From: Mustelus asterias
Lineage: Eukaryota
Length of the DNA: 64,000 nt
Direction: 5' to 3'
NCBI RefSeq assembly: GCF_964213995.1
Contig: NC_135808.1
Span: 51,026,001 to 51,090,000 of the forward strand
Part shown: piece after piece, positions 11,701 to 25,100 of the stretch
How positions within the stretch are numbered: position 1 is the first letter of the stretch
How the letters are laid out: the number at the start of each line of letters is the position of its first letter
Program-made: the position numbers and the translations under genes
The notes under the pieces: model-generated
Told to the model about the DNA's origin: nothing
Database searches by the model: none
What the model saw: only the letters and a program-made list of their open reading frames with translations

Positions 11701-12247
11701 GAGCAATTTTGGGCCCCACACCTCAGGAAGGACATACTGGCACTGGAGCGGGTCCAGCGGAGATTCACACGGATGATCCCAGGAATGGTAGGCCTGACAT
11801 ACGATGAACGTCTGAGGATCGTGGGATTATATTCATTGGAGTTTAGGAGGTTGAGGGGAGATCTGATAGAAACTTACAAGATAATGAACGGCTTAGATAG
11901 GATGGACGTAGGGAAGTTGTTTCCATTAACAGGGGAGACTAGGACGCGGGGGCACAGCCTTAGAATAAAAGGGAGTCACTTTAGAACAGAGATGAGGAGA
12001 AATTTCTTCAGCCAGAGAGTGGTGGGTCTGTGGAATTCATTGCCACAGAGGGCTGTGGAGGCCGAGACGTTGAGCGTCTTCAAGACAGAAATTGATAAAT
12101 TATTGATTTCTCGAGGAATTAAGGGCTATGGGGAGAGAGCGGGTAAATGGAGTTGAAATCAACCATGATTGAATGGTGGAGTGGACTCGATGGGCCGAAT
12201 GGCCTTACTTCCGCTCCTATGTCTTATGGTCTTATGGTCTTATGGTC
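8756..12247 (+). mobile_element. CR1 LINE (inner), truncated in ORF1, ORF2 open
   Basis: ORF1 SGNH-esterase motifs VHVGTNN and DGLHL (8756-9112, premature TGA); 3' tail (TCTTATGG)n at ~12220-12247. Confidence 0.93.
9280..12156 (+). CDS. CR1 ORF2: APE endonuclease and reverse transcriptase (958 aa)
   Basis: NARS, ETW, GDFN and SDH endonuclease motifs; PGPDG, YRPISL, LDFQKAFD, GVPQGSVLG and FADD RT motifs; no stops. The true start codon is uncertain. Confidence 0.92.
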   Translation: MTQCLERLSRPRSTTLRKQKGTVNRELKVLYLNARSVRNKVDELVAQIVTGRYDVVGITETWLQGVQDWQLNIQGFTTYRKDRGVGRGGGVALLIRNEIKSIALNDIGSDDVESVWVELRNHKGKKTIMGVMYRPPDSGQDQGHKMHHEIERACQKGKVTVIMGDFNMQVDWVNNVASGPKEREFIECLQDGFLEQLVMEPTREQAILDLVLCNEPDVIKDLKVREHLGSSDHNMVEFSLQFERRKAESDVKVLQLNKGNYRRMREELTKIDWKQSLMGKTVEQQWQEFLGVIEDTVQRFIPNKRKVIRGGIRQPWLTKEVRECIKAKERAYNVAKSSGKSEDWEGYKNKQRITKREIRKERIKYEGRLASNIRNDSKSFFKYIKNKREAKVDIGPLQNDAGNLVMGDKEIAEELNKYFASVFTVEDMSNIPTIQESQGAELNMVAITKEKVLEKLKGLKIDKSPGPDGLHPRVLKEIAEEIVEALVMIFQKSLESGKVPEDWKIAVVTPLFKKGTRKKMENYRPISLTSVVGKILESIVKDEISKFLEVQGRIKTSQHGFSKGRSCLTNLLEFFEEITNRLDQGEPMDVIYLDFQKAFDKVPHGRLLSKIRAHGIRGKVLTWIDDWLSDRRQRVGIKGSFSEWQPVTSGVPQGSVLGPQLFSLYINDLDDGTGSILAKFADDTKIGGGAGSIEEVGRLQKDLDSLGEWSKKWLMKFNVGKCEVVHFGKKNRGMDYFLNGDKIHNAKVQRDLGVLVQDSLKVNLQVESVIKKANVMLSFISRGLEYKSRDVLLRLYKALVRPHLEYCEQFWAPHLRKDILALERVQRRFTRMIPGMVGLTYDERLRIVGLYSLEFRRLRGDLIETYKIMNGLDRMDVGKLFPLTGETRTRGHSLRIKGSHFRTEMRRNFFSQRVVGLWNSLPQRAVEAETLSVFKTEIDKLLISRGIKGYGERAGKWS

Positions 12248-13158
12248 TATCTATACCCATCAAAATCTTATACACCTCTATCAAATCTCCCCTCAATCTT
12301 CTACGCTCCAGGGAATAAAGTCCCAACCTATTCAATCTCTCTCTGTAACTCAGTTTCTCAAGTCCCGGCAACATCCTTGTGAACCTTCTCTGCACTCTTT
12401 CAACCTTATTTACATCCTTCCTGTAACTAGGTGACCAAAACTGTACACAATACTCCAAATTCGGCCTCACCAATGCCTTATATAACCTTACCATAACACT
12501 CCAACTTTTATACTCAATACTCCGATTTATAAAGGCCAATGTACCAAAGGCACTCTTTACGACCCTATCCACCTGTGACGTCACTTTTAGGGAATTCTGT
12601 ACCTGTATTCCCAGATCCCTCTGTTCAACTGCACTCTTCAGAGTCCTACCATTTACCCTGTACATTCTTCTTTGGTTTGTCCTTCCAAAGTGCAATATCT
12701 CACACTTGTCTGCGTTAAATTCCATTTGCCATTTTTCAGCCCATTTTTCTAGTTGGTCCAAATCCCTCTGCAAGCTTTGAAAACCTTCCTCACTGTCCAC
12801 TACACCTCCAATCTTTGTATCATCAGCAAACTTGCTGATCCAATTTACCACATTATCATCCAGATCATTGATGTAGATGACAAACAACAATGGACCCAAC
12901 ACCGATCCCTGTGGCATACCACTAGTCACAGGCCTCCACTCAGAGAAGCAATCCTCCACAACCACTCTCTGGCTTCTTCCATTGAGCCAGTGTCTTATCC
13001 AATTTACTACCTCCCCATGTATACCTAGCGACTGAACCTTCCTAACTAACCTCCCATGAGGACCAAGTGGGAACCAACGATGGTTCACCACATTCACCCC
13101 TCCTTTGAAGACAAAGGCCGGCGGGGTACAAAAAAACACAGAATAATTTGTCATCAGT

Positions 13159-14572
13159 CTATAAGTTCAGATGGTCAGGGGGACCGCACCGTCGTTGTGA
13201 CCTCCTCAACACCGGTGATGACACCAGAGTAGGCACTCGCGATGGCGTTCTCCCTAAGGCGATGTCCAACGGTTTCTCCACAGTCTCACGGGCCGGTTGA
13301 CCCCGAGGTGATGATAATCCGTTGAGTTCCGACACCCCCTGAAGTGGTGACCATCTCCTGGACTCAGGCAAGCTGTACATGGGAGTAAAAGGGTTAAGTA
13401 ATGGTCCCGATGCTGCCCGCGCCGTGTCAGGAGGGGAAACAATAGTTGGGGGGTCTCTAACAGGAGGTATAGGAGCGACAGGGGTTTCTACGTCCCCTGC
13501 TGGCACCAGGTCTCGAATCGGGACCGTGTCCTCTCGCCCATCAGGGTATGCCACATAGGCATACTGAGGGTTGGCATGGAGGAGATGGACCTGTTCAACC
13601 AAAGGGTCTGACTTGCGGGCCCTAACATGTCGCCGCAGGAGGACAGGTCCTGAGTACGTCAACCAAGACGGTAATGAGGTCCCAGAGGAAGACTTCCGAG
13701 GGAATGAAAACAGCCTCTCATGGGGAGTAGCGTTGGTTGCCGTACACAGGAGTGAGCGTATGGAGTGGAGCGCATCAGGGAGCACCTCTTGCCAACGGGA
13801 GACTGGAAAGCTTTTTGACTTCAACGCCAGTAAGACAGCCTTCCAGACTGTAGCATTCTCACGTTCCACCTGTCCATTACCCCGAGGGTTGTAGTTCGTG
13901 GTCCTACTAGAGGCAATCCCGTATGAGAGCAGGAATTGCCTCAAGTCATCGCTCATGAACGACGAGCCCCTGTCGTTGTGAATGTAGCTGGGGTACCCGA
14001 ACAGGGTAAAGAGATCACGGAATGCCTTGATAACTGTGGCAGCGGATGTATCAGAGCAGGGAACAACAAAAGGGAACCGAGAGTACTCGTCAATGATGTT
14101 GAGGAAGTACACATTCCGATCTGTTGAGGGAAGGGGGCCCTTAAAATCGACACTCAGTCTCTCGAAGGGACGAGTGGCCTTGACTAAATGTGCCTGGTCA
14201 GGTCGGTAAAAGTGCGGTTTGCATTCCGCGCAAACCCGACAGCTTCTTGTTACGGACCTGACGTCCTCCACCGAGTAGGGCAGATTGCGGGCTTTTATAA
14301 AGTGGTAGAGCCGAGTGACCCCAGGATGGCAGAGGTCATTATGGAGAGCCTGCAAACGGTCCTCCTGTATACTGGTGCATGTTCCACGCGAGAGAGGGCA
14401 TCCGAGGGCTCATTGGGTTTCCCTGGACGATACATGATGTCATAGTTATAGGTGGAGAGTTCAATTCTCCACCGCAAGATCTTGTCATTCTTGATCTTCC
14501 CCTCTGCGTGTTATTAAACATGAACGCCACGGACCGCTGGTCCGTGATCAGGGTGAACCGTTTTCCCGCCAA
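13159..14572 (-). pseudogene. pol: Gypsy RNase H end and integrase
   Basis: LHNDLCHPGVTR..CRVCAECK..DFKGPLP..IDEYSRFP, highly similar to 2095..4038; frameshifts upstream of ~14360. Confidence 0.9.
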
Positions 14573-16107
14573 GTAACCCCAACAGCAACATATATACATA
14601 CTCGTAGTACTGGCCAGACCCTGGCTCAGTACTACCTAGTGGGAACCAACGATGGTTCACCACAGTTTCTTTCTCTTCTTTCCCTCAAACAACATTCTCT
14701 TCTCTGGAAAGTAACTCTGGAGATTGTTGCTGGTGATTTTTACATTTTAAAATGATTCCAGATCCGAATAGTTTTGTTGTTGAGCTGCCTTCTTTAACTC
14801 TGATACAAGTTACATTTCTGACAAACTTCAAGCTTTCGGCTTTATATTTTGGGAAGAGACAAACACATTTTAAACTCTTCCTTCAGCACAGAAGCTTTCA
14901 GCATTTGGATTTGTGTCAATTGTTGTCAAACCTTTTAAAATAAACATTTCCTGTTGAGAACTTGATCAGGGCCCAAAGCTCAAATCTTTAAATTATAATT
15001 TGCACTATCAAAATTGAAACTCTCTCTTCCTGATGTGTGTGGCTTTGTATCCAGATTGAAAGTCCCACATGTTTATCAACACATATTCTTTATCTTAGAT
15101 AACATCATCGTTTCTCAAAGGTCACTTGCTGAAAGGTCTGATTCCCATTGTTCAGTGTGTCCATATCAGATCCCCTGTCCCCAAGCAGAAGACAACAGTG
15201 GTCCTGAAGGGGTTAAATCATTTTCTTTCAACATAAAGTAAAGATTCTAAACCATGACCATGCTGTGGGAATAAGAATCTTCAGATCAATTCTCAGAGTC
15301 TTAACGCTGCTGGCAATCTTGTTCCATTTGTGGTTCTCTGGAAATAAAGACACAAGGTCCATTCTGCTCAGGGGAATGGATTCAGCAATCTGAAAGTTCA
15401 AGCTGTTGTTGCAAAGAGTTCACTCTGTGTTCGTCTGCAAGAGGCTGCTGCAAAGCTGCTTCATTTTCAACACAGAGAAAAGCTGGTGTATCTTTAGAGA
15501 ACAATCAAACTCTGCTTTCTGGACAGAAATCTCAACTCAAACCTTTTCACTTCAAACTTTGCTTTGTTTCATTATATTCTCCTTGAATCCAACTCATTAT
15601 CCACATTGTGAAGCTTCAAATTGCTGAAACTTCACACACAAATGAGAAATTAGGGAAGGAAACACATGAAAGCTCACACACACAAATCCTTCATTGTACA
15701 CAAACACACACAAATAGAAAGATATGTATATTTCCATTCTGATAACAATTATTTGAACAACATTAAACTTTCAGGCTCAAAACAAAGCTGCAAGTAGTAG
15801 TGGAGGGGGTGGGAGGAATCTTTGAGACTTCCACCGACAGGAACAATCTAAACGGCCGAAGCTCCATTTCCTCAGTCCCTGCCTGTCACTGCTCAAGAAC
15901 GCCCCGAGGGGAACCCTCTCGGTCTGTCACTCACTCGCCCTCTCTCATGCTCTCGCTCTCTCTCCCTCGCTCTCTCACTATCTCTCTCTCTCTCCAGACA
16001 AAAAGCTTTAGCGACTTGCAGCAGATTAATTCATTTTCACCTTTTTAATTATTTGAAACAATTCAGTGCGTGACATTTTGAGTCCCCAATCTAAATTTCT
16101 ACCTCTT

Positions 16108-19100
16108 ACTCACTTCACCTGTCACTAGGAAACGGTCAATACTGTTTTACTGCACTGTGTCTCTCACTACACCTGTCACTCGGAAATGGTCAATACTGTT
16201 TTACTGCACTGTGTCACTCACTACACCTGTCACTAGGAAACGGTCAATACTGTTTTACTGCACTGTGTCTCTCACTACGCCTGTCACTAGGAAACGGTCA
16301 ATACTGTTTTACTGCACTGTGTCACTCACTACGCCTGTCACTAGGAAACGGTCAATACTGTTTTACTGCACTGTGTCTCTCACTACGCCTGTCACTAGGA
16401 AACGGTCAATACTGTTTTACTGCACCGTGTCACTCACTACACCTGTCACTAGGAAACGGTCAATACCATTTTACTGCACTGTGTCTCTCACTACACCTGT
16501 CACTAGGAAACGGACAATACTGTTTTACTGCACTGTGTCACTCACTACACCTGTCACTAGGAAACGGTCAATACTGTTTTACTGCACTGTGTCACTCACT
16601 ACACCTGTCACTAGGAAATGGTCAATACTGTTTTACTGCACTGTGTCTCTCACTACACCTGTCACTAGGAAACGGTCAATACTGTTTTACTGCACTGTGT
16701 CACTCACTACACCTGTCACTAGGAAACAGTCAATACTGTTTTACTGCACCGTGTCACTCACTACACCTGTCACGGGGAAACGGTCAATACTGTTTTACTG
16801 CACTGTGTCACTCACTACACCTGTCACTAGGAAACAGTCAATACTGTTTTACTGCACTGTGTCACTCACTACACCTGTCACTAGGAAACGGACAATACTG
16901 TTTTACTGCACTGTGTCACTCACTACACCTGTCACTCGGAAACGGTCAATACTGTTTTACTGCACCGTGTCACTCACTACACCTGTCACTAGGAAACGGT
17001 CAATACTGTTTTACTGCACTGTGTCAATCACTACACCTGTCACTAGGAAACGGTCAATACTGTTTTACTGCACTGTGTCTCTCACTACACCAGGCACTAG
17101 GAAATGGTCAATACTGTTTTACTGCACTGTGTCTCTCACTACACCTGTCACTAGGAAACGGTCAATACTGTTTTACTGCACCGTGTCACTCACTACACCT
17201 GTCACTAGGAAACGGTCAATACTGTTTTACTGCACTGTGTCTCTCACTACACCTGTCACTCGGAAACGGTCAATACTGTTTTACTGCACTGTGTCTCTCA
17301 CTACACCAGGCACTAGGAAATGGTCAATACTGTTTTACTGCACTGTGTCTCTCACTACACCTGTCACTAGGAAACGGTCAATACTGTTTTACTGCACCGT
17401 GTCACTCACTACACCTGTCACTAGGAAACGGTCAATACTGTTTTACTGCACTGTGTCTCTCACTACACCTGTCACTAGGAAACGGTCAATACTGTTTTAC
17501 TGCACCGTGTCACTCACTACACCTGTCACTAGGAAACGGTCAATACTGTTTTACTGCACTGTGTCACTCACTACACCTGTCACGAGGAAACGGTCAATAC
17601 TGTTTTACTGCACCGTGTCACTCACTACACCTGTCACTAGGAAACGGTCAATACTGTTTTACTGCACTGTGTCTCTCACTACACCTGTCACTAGGAAACG
17701 GACAATACTGTTTTACTGCACCGTGTCACTCACTACACCTGTCACTAGGAAACGGTCAATACTGTTTTACTGCACTGTGTCTCTCACTACACCTGTCACG
17801 AGGAAACGGTCAATACTGTTTTACTGCACTGTGTCTCTCACTACACCTGTCACTAGGAAACGGTCAATACTGTTTTACTGCACTGTGTCTCTCACTACAC
17901 CTGTCACTAGGAAACGGTCAATACTGTTTTACTGCACTGTGTCTCTCACTACACCTGTCACTAGGAAACGGACAATACTGTTTTACTGCACTGTGTCTCT
18001 CACTACACCTGTCACGAGGAAACGGTCAATACTGTTTTACTGCACCATGTCACTCACTACACCTGTCACTAGGAAACGGACAATACTGTTTTACTGCACA
18101 GTGTCTCTCACTACACCTGTCACTAGGAAACGGTCAATACTGTTTTACTGCACTGTGTCTCTCACTACACCTGTCACTAGGAAACGGTCAATACTGTTTT
18201 ACTGCACTGTGTCACTCACTACACCTGTCACTAGGAAACGGACAATACTGTTTTACTGCACTGTGTCTCTCACTACACCTGTCACTAGGAAACGGTCAAT
18301 ACTGTTTTACTGCACTGTGTCTCTCACTACACCTGTCACTAGGAAACGGTCAATACTGTTTTACTGCACCGTGTCACTCACTACACCTGTCACTAGGAAA
18401 CGGTCAATACTGTTTTACTGCACCGTGTCACTCACTACACCTGTCACTAGGAAACGGTCAATACTGTTTTACTGCACTGTGTCTCTCACTACACCTGTCA
18501 CTAGGAAACGGTCAATACTGTTTTACTGCGCCGTGTCTCTCACTACACCTGTCACTAGGAAACGGTCAATACTGTTTTACTGCACTGTGTCAATCACTAC
18601 ACCTGTAACTAGGAAACGGTCAATACTGTTTTACTGCACCGTGTCACTCACTACACCTGTCACTAGGAAACGGTCAATACTGTTTTACTGCACTGTGTCT
18701 CTCACTACACCTGTCACGAGGAAACGGTCAATACTGTTTTACTGCACCATGTCACTCACTACACCTGTCACTAGGAAACGGACAATACTGTTTTACTGCA
18801 CAGTGTCTCTCACTACACCTGTCACTAGGAAACGGTCAATACTGTTTTACTGCACTGTGTCACTCACTACACCTGTCACTAGGAAACGGTTAGTACTGTT
18901 TTACTGCACCGTGTCACTCACTACACCTGTCACTAGGAAACGGTCAATACTGTTTTACTGCACTGTGTCTCTCACTACACCTGTCACTCGGAAACGGTCA
19001 ATACTGTTTTACTGCACCGTGTCTCTCACTACACCTGTCACTCGGAAACGGTCAATACTGTTTTACTGCACTGTGTCTCTCACTACACCTGTCACTAGGA

Positions 19101-22100
19101 AACGGTCAATACTGTTTTACTGCACTGTGTCACTCACTACACCTGTCACTAGGAAACGGACAATACTGTTTTACTGCACTGTGTCTCTCACTACACCTGT
19201 CACTAGGAAACGGTCAATACTGTTTTACTGCACTGTGTCTCTCACTACACCTGTCACTAGGAAACGGACAATACTGTTTTACTGCACCGTGTCACTCACT
19301 ACACCTGTCACTAGGAAACGGTCAATACTGTTTTACTGCACTGTGTCTCTCACTACACCTGTCACTAGGAAACGGTCAATACTGTTTTACTGCACTGTGT
19401 CTCTCACTACACCTGTCACTAGGAAACGGTCAATACTGTTTTACTGCACTGTGTCTCTCACTACACCTGTCACTAGGAAACGGTCAATACTGTTTTACTG
19501 CACTGTGTCACTCACTACACCTGTCACTAGGAAACGGTCAATACTGTTTTACTGCACCGTGTCACTCACTACACCTGTCACGAGGAAACGGTCAATACTG
19601 TTTTACTGCACCGTGTCACTCACTACACCTGTCACTAGGAAACGGACAATACTGTTTTACTGCACTGTGTCTCTCACTACACCTGTCACTAGGAAACGGT
19701 CAATACTGTTTTACTGCACTGTGTCACTCACTACACCTGTCACTAGGAAACGGTCAATACTGTTTTACTGCACCGTGTCACTCACTACACCTGTCACTAG
19801 GAAACGGTCAATACTGTTTTACTGCACCGTGTCACTCACTACACCTGTCACGAGGAAACGGTCAATACTGTTTTACTGCACCGTGTCTCTCACTACACCT
19901 GTCACTAGGAAACGGTCAATACTGTTTTACTGCACCGTGTCACTCACTACACCTGTCACTAGGAAACGGACAATACTGTTTTACTGCACTGTGTCACTCA
20001 CTACACCTGTCACTAGGAAACGGTCAATACTGTTTTACTGCACCATGTCACTCACTACACCTGTCACTAGGAAACGGTCAATACTGTTTTACTGCACTGT
20101 GTCACTCACTACACCTGTCACTAGGAAACGGTCGATACTGTTTTACTGCACCGTGTCTCTCACTACACCTGTCACTAGGAAACGGACAATACTGTTTTAC
20201 TGCACCGTGTCACTCACTACACCTGTCACTAGGAAACGGTCAATACTGTTTTACTGCACCGTGTCTCTCACTACACCTGTCACTAGGAAACGGACAATAC
20301 TGTTTTACTGCACCGTGTCACTCACTACACCTGTCACTAGGAAACGGTCAATACTGTTTTACTGCACTGTGTCTCTCACTACACCTGTCACTAGGAAACG
20401 GTCAATACTGTTTTACTGCACTGTGTCTCTCACTACACCTGTCACTAGGAAACGGTCAATACTGTTTTACTGCACTGTGTCACTCACTACACCTGTCACT
20501 AGGAAACGGTCAATACTGTTTTACTGCACCGTGTCACTCACTACACCTGTCACGAGGAAACGGTCAATACTGTTTTACTGCACCGTGTCACTCACTACAC
20601 CTGTCACTAGGAAACGGACAATACTGTTTTACTGCACTGTGTCTCTCACTACAACTGTCACTAGGAAACGGTCAATACTGTTTTACTGCACTGTGTCTCT
20701 CACTACACCTGTCACTAGGAAACGGTCAATACTGTTTTACTGCACTGTGTCTCTCACTACACCTGTCACTAGGAAACGGTCAATACTGTTTTACTGCACT
20801 GTGTCACTCACTACACCTGTCACTAGGAAACGGTCAATACTGTTTTACTGCACTGTGTCTCTCACTACACCTGTCACTAGGAAACGGTCAATACTGTTTT
20901 ACTGCACTGTGTCTCTCACTACACCTGTCACTAGGAAACGGTCAATACTGTTTTACTGCACCGTGTCTCTCACTACACCTGTCACTAGGAAACGGTCAAT
21001 ACTGTTTTACTGCACCGTGTCACTCACTACACCTGTCACGAGGAAACGGTCAATACTGTTTTACTGCACTGTGTCACTCACTACACCTGTCACTAGGAAA
21101 CGGTCAATACTGTTTTACTGCACCGTGTCACTCACTACACCTGTCACGAGGAAACGGTCAATACTGTTTTACTGCACCGTGTCACTCACTACACCTGTCA
21201 CTAGGAAACGGTCAATACTGTTTTACTGCACCGTGTCACTCACTACACCTGTCACGAGGAAACGGTCAATACTGTTTTACTGCACCGTGTCTCTCACTAC
21301 ACCTGTCACTAGGAAACGGTCAATACTGTTTTACTGCACCGTGTCACTCACTACACCTGTCACTAGGAAACGGTCAATACTGTTTTACTGCACTGTGTCA
21401 CTCACTACACCTGTCACTAGGAAACGGTCAATACTGTTTTACTGCACTGTGTCTCTCACTACACCTGTCACTAGGAAACGGACAATACTGTTTTACTGCA
21501 CCGTGTCACTCACTACACCTGTCACTAGGAAACGGTCAATACTGTTTTACTGCACTGTGTCACTCACTACACCTGTCACTAGGAAACGGTCAATACTGTT
21601 TTACTGCACTGTGTCTCTCACTACACCTGTCACTAGGAAACGGTCAATACTGTTTTACTGCACTGTGTCACTCACTACACCTGTCACTCGGAAACGGTCA
21701 ATACTGTTTTACTGCACCGTGTCACTCACTACACCTGTCACTCGGAAACGGACAATACTGTTTTACTGCACAGTGTCTCTCACTACACCTGTCACTAGGA
21801 AACGGTCAATACTGTTTTACTGCACTGTGTCTCTCACTACACCTGTCACTAGGAAACGGTCAATACTGTTTTACTGCACTGTGTCTCTCACTACACCTGT
21901 CACTAGGAAACGGACAATACTGTTTTACTGCACAGTGTCTCTCACTACACCTGTCACTAGGAAACGGTCAATACTGTTTTACTGCACTGTGTCACTCACT
22001 ACACCTGTCACTAGGAAACGGTCGATACTGTTTTACTGCACTGTGTCACTCACTACACCTGTCACTAGGAAACGGTCAATACTGTTTTACTGCACCGTGT

Positions 22101-25100
22101 CTCTCACTACACCTGTCACTGGGAAGTGGTCAATACTGTTTTACTGCACTGTGTCACTCACTACACCTGTCACTAGGAAACGGTTAGTACTGTTTTACTG
22201 CACTGTGTCTCTCACTACACCTGTCACTAGGAAACGGTCACTACTGTTTTACTGCAGTGTCTCTCACTACACCTGTCACTAGGAAACGGTCAATACTGTT
22301 TTACTGCACCGTGTCTCTCACTACACCTGTCACTAGGAAACGGTCAATACTGTTTTACTGCACTGTGTCACTCACTACACCTGTCACTAGGAAACGGTCA
22401 ATACTGTTTTACTGCACTGTGTCACTCACTACACCTGTCACTAGGAAACGGTCAATACTGTTTTACTGCACTGTGTCTCTCACTACACCTGTCACTAGGA
22501 AACGGTCAATACTGTTTTACTGCACCGTGTCTCTCACTACTCCTGTCACTAGGAAACGGTCAATACTGTTTTACTGCACTGTGTCACTCACTACACCTGT
22601 CACTAGGAAACGGTCAATACTGTTTTACTGCACTGTGTCTCTCACTACACCTGTCACTAGGAAACGGTCAATACTGTTTTACTGCACCGTGTCTCTCACT
22701 ACTCCTGTCACTAGGAAACGGTCAATACTGTTTTACTGCACTGTGTCACTCACTACACCTGTCACTAGGAAACGGTCAATACTGTTTTACTGCACTGTGT
22801 CTCTCACTACACCTGTCACTCGGAAACGGTCAATACTGTTTTACTGCACTGTGTCACTCACTACACCTGTCACTAGGAAACGGTCAATACTGTTTTACTG
22901 CACCATGTCACTCACTACACCTGTCACTAGGAAACGGTCAATACTGTTTTACTGCACTGTGTCACTCACTACACCTGTCACTAGGAAACGGTCGATACTG
23001 TTTTACTGCACCGTGTCACTCACTACACCTGTCACTAGGAAACGGTCAATACTGTTTTACTGCACCGTGTCTCTCACTACACCTGTCACTAGGAAACGGA
23101 CAATACTGTTTTACTGCACCGTGTCACTCACTACACCTGTCACTAGGAAACGGTCAATACTGTTTTACTGCACTGTGTCTCTCACTACACCTGTCACTAG
23201 GAAACGGTCAATACTGTTTTACTGCACTGTGTCTCTCACTACACCTGTCACTAGGAAACGGTCAATACTGTTTTACTGCACTGTGTCACTCACTACACCT
23301 GTCACTAGGAAACGGTCAATACTGTTTTACTGCACCGTGTCACTCACTACACCTGTCACGAGGAAACGGTCAATACTGTTTTACTGCACCGTGTCACTCA
23401 CTACACCTGTCACTAGGAAACGGACAATACTGTTTTACTGCACTGTGTCTCTCACTACAACTGTCACTAGGAAACGGTCAATACTGTTTTACTGCACTGT
23501 GTCTCTCACTACACCTGTCACTAGGAAACGGTCAATACTGTTTTACTGCACTGTGTCACTCACTACACCTGTCACTAGGAAACGGTCAATACTGTTTTAC
23601 TGCACTGTGTCTCTCACTACACCTGTCACTAGGAAACGGTCAATACTGTTTTACTGCACTGTGTCTCTCACTACACCTGTCACTAGGAAACGGTCAATAC
23701 TGTTTTACTGCACCGTGTCTCTCACTACACCTGTCACTAGGAAACGGTCAATACTGTTTTACTGCACCGTGTCACTCACTACACCTGTCACGAGGAAACG
23801 GTCAATACTGTTTTACTGCACTGTGTCACTCACTACACCTGTCACTAGGAAACGGTCAATACTGTTTTACTGCACCGTGTCACTCACTACACCTGTCACG
23901 AGGAAACGGTCAATACTGTTTTACTGCACCGTGTCACTCACTACACCTGTCACTAGGAAACGGTCAATACTGTTTTACTGCACCGTGTCACTCACTACAC
24001 CTGTCACGAGGAAACGGTCAATACTGTTTTACTGCACCGTGTCTCTCACTACACCTGTCACTAGGAAACGGTCAATACTGTTTTACTGCACCGTGTCACT
24101 CACTACACCTGTCACTAGGAAACGGTCAATACTGTTTTACTGCACTGTGTCACTCACTACACCTGTCACTAGGAAACGGTCAATACTGTTTTACTGCACT
24201 GTGTCTCTCACTACACCTGTCACTAGGAAACGGACAATACTGTTTTACTGCACCGTGTCACTCACTACACCTGTCACTAGGAAACGGTCAATACTGTTTT
24301 ACTGCACTGTGTCACTCACTACACCTGTCACTAGGAAACGGTCAATACTGTTTTACTGCACTGTGTCTCTCACTACACCTGTCACTAGGAAACGGTCAAT
24401 ACTGTTTTACTGCACTGTGTCACTCACTACACCTGTCACTCGGAAACGGTCAATACTGTTTTACTGCACTGTGTCTCTCACTACACCTGTCACTAGGAAA
24501 CGGTCAATACTGTTTTACTGCACTGTGTCTCTCACTACACCTGTCACTAGGAAACGGTCAATACTGTTTTACTGCACTGTGTCTCTCACTACACCTGTCA
24601 CTAGGAAACGGACAATACTGTTTTACTGCACAGTGTCTCTCACTACACCTGTCACTAGGAAACGGTCAATACTGTTTTACTGCACTGTGTCACTCACTAC
24701 ACCTGTCACTAGGAAACGGTCGATACTGTTTTACTGCACTGTGTCACTCACTACACCTGTCACTAGGAAACGGTCAATACTGTTTTACTGCACCGTGTCT
24801 CTCACTACACCTGTCACTGGGAAGTGGTCAATACTGTTTTACTGCACTGTGTCACTCACTACACCTGTCACTAGGAAACGGTTAGTACTGTTTTACTGCA
24901 CTGTGTCTCTCACTACACCTGTCACTAGGAAACGGTCACTACTGTTTTACTGCAGTGTCTCTCACTACACCTGTCACTAGGAAACGGTCAATACTGTTTT
25001 ACTGCACCGTGTCTCTCACTACACCTGTCACTAGGAAACGGTCAATACTGTTTTACTGCACTGTGTCACTCACTACACCTGTCACTAGGAAACGGTCAAT

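Larger units (their letters stand above)
8417..13065 (-). mobile_element. 5'-truncated CR1 (outer), in two pieces: 12248-13065 and 8417-8755
   Basis: The RT C-terminus reads ..ILMGIDR | VNASRL.. across the inner insertion; tail (CCATAGAA)n on the + strand at ~8417. Confidence 0.9.
8111..14664 (-). mobile_element. Second Gypsy element, internally deleted, with its 3' LTR split by nested CR1s
   Basis: 5' LTR remnant 14573-14664; RNase H/IN 13159-14572; PPT rc TTCACCCCTCCTTT at 13093-13106; 3' LTR in two pieces (13066-13092 and 8111-8416). No clear TSD (GTCAC vs GTTTC). Confidence 0.9.
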
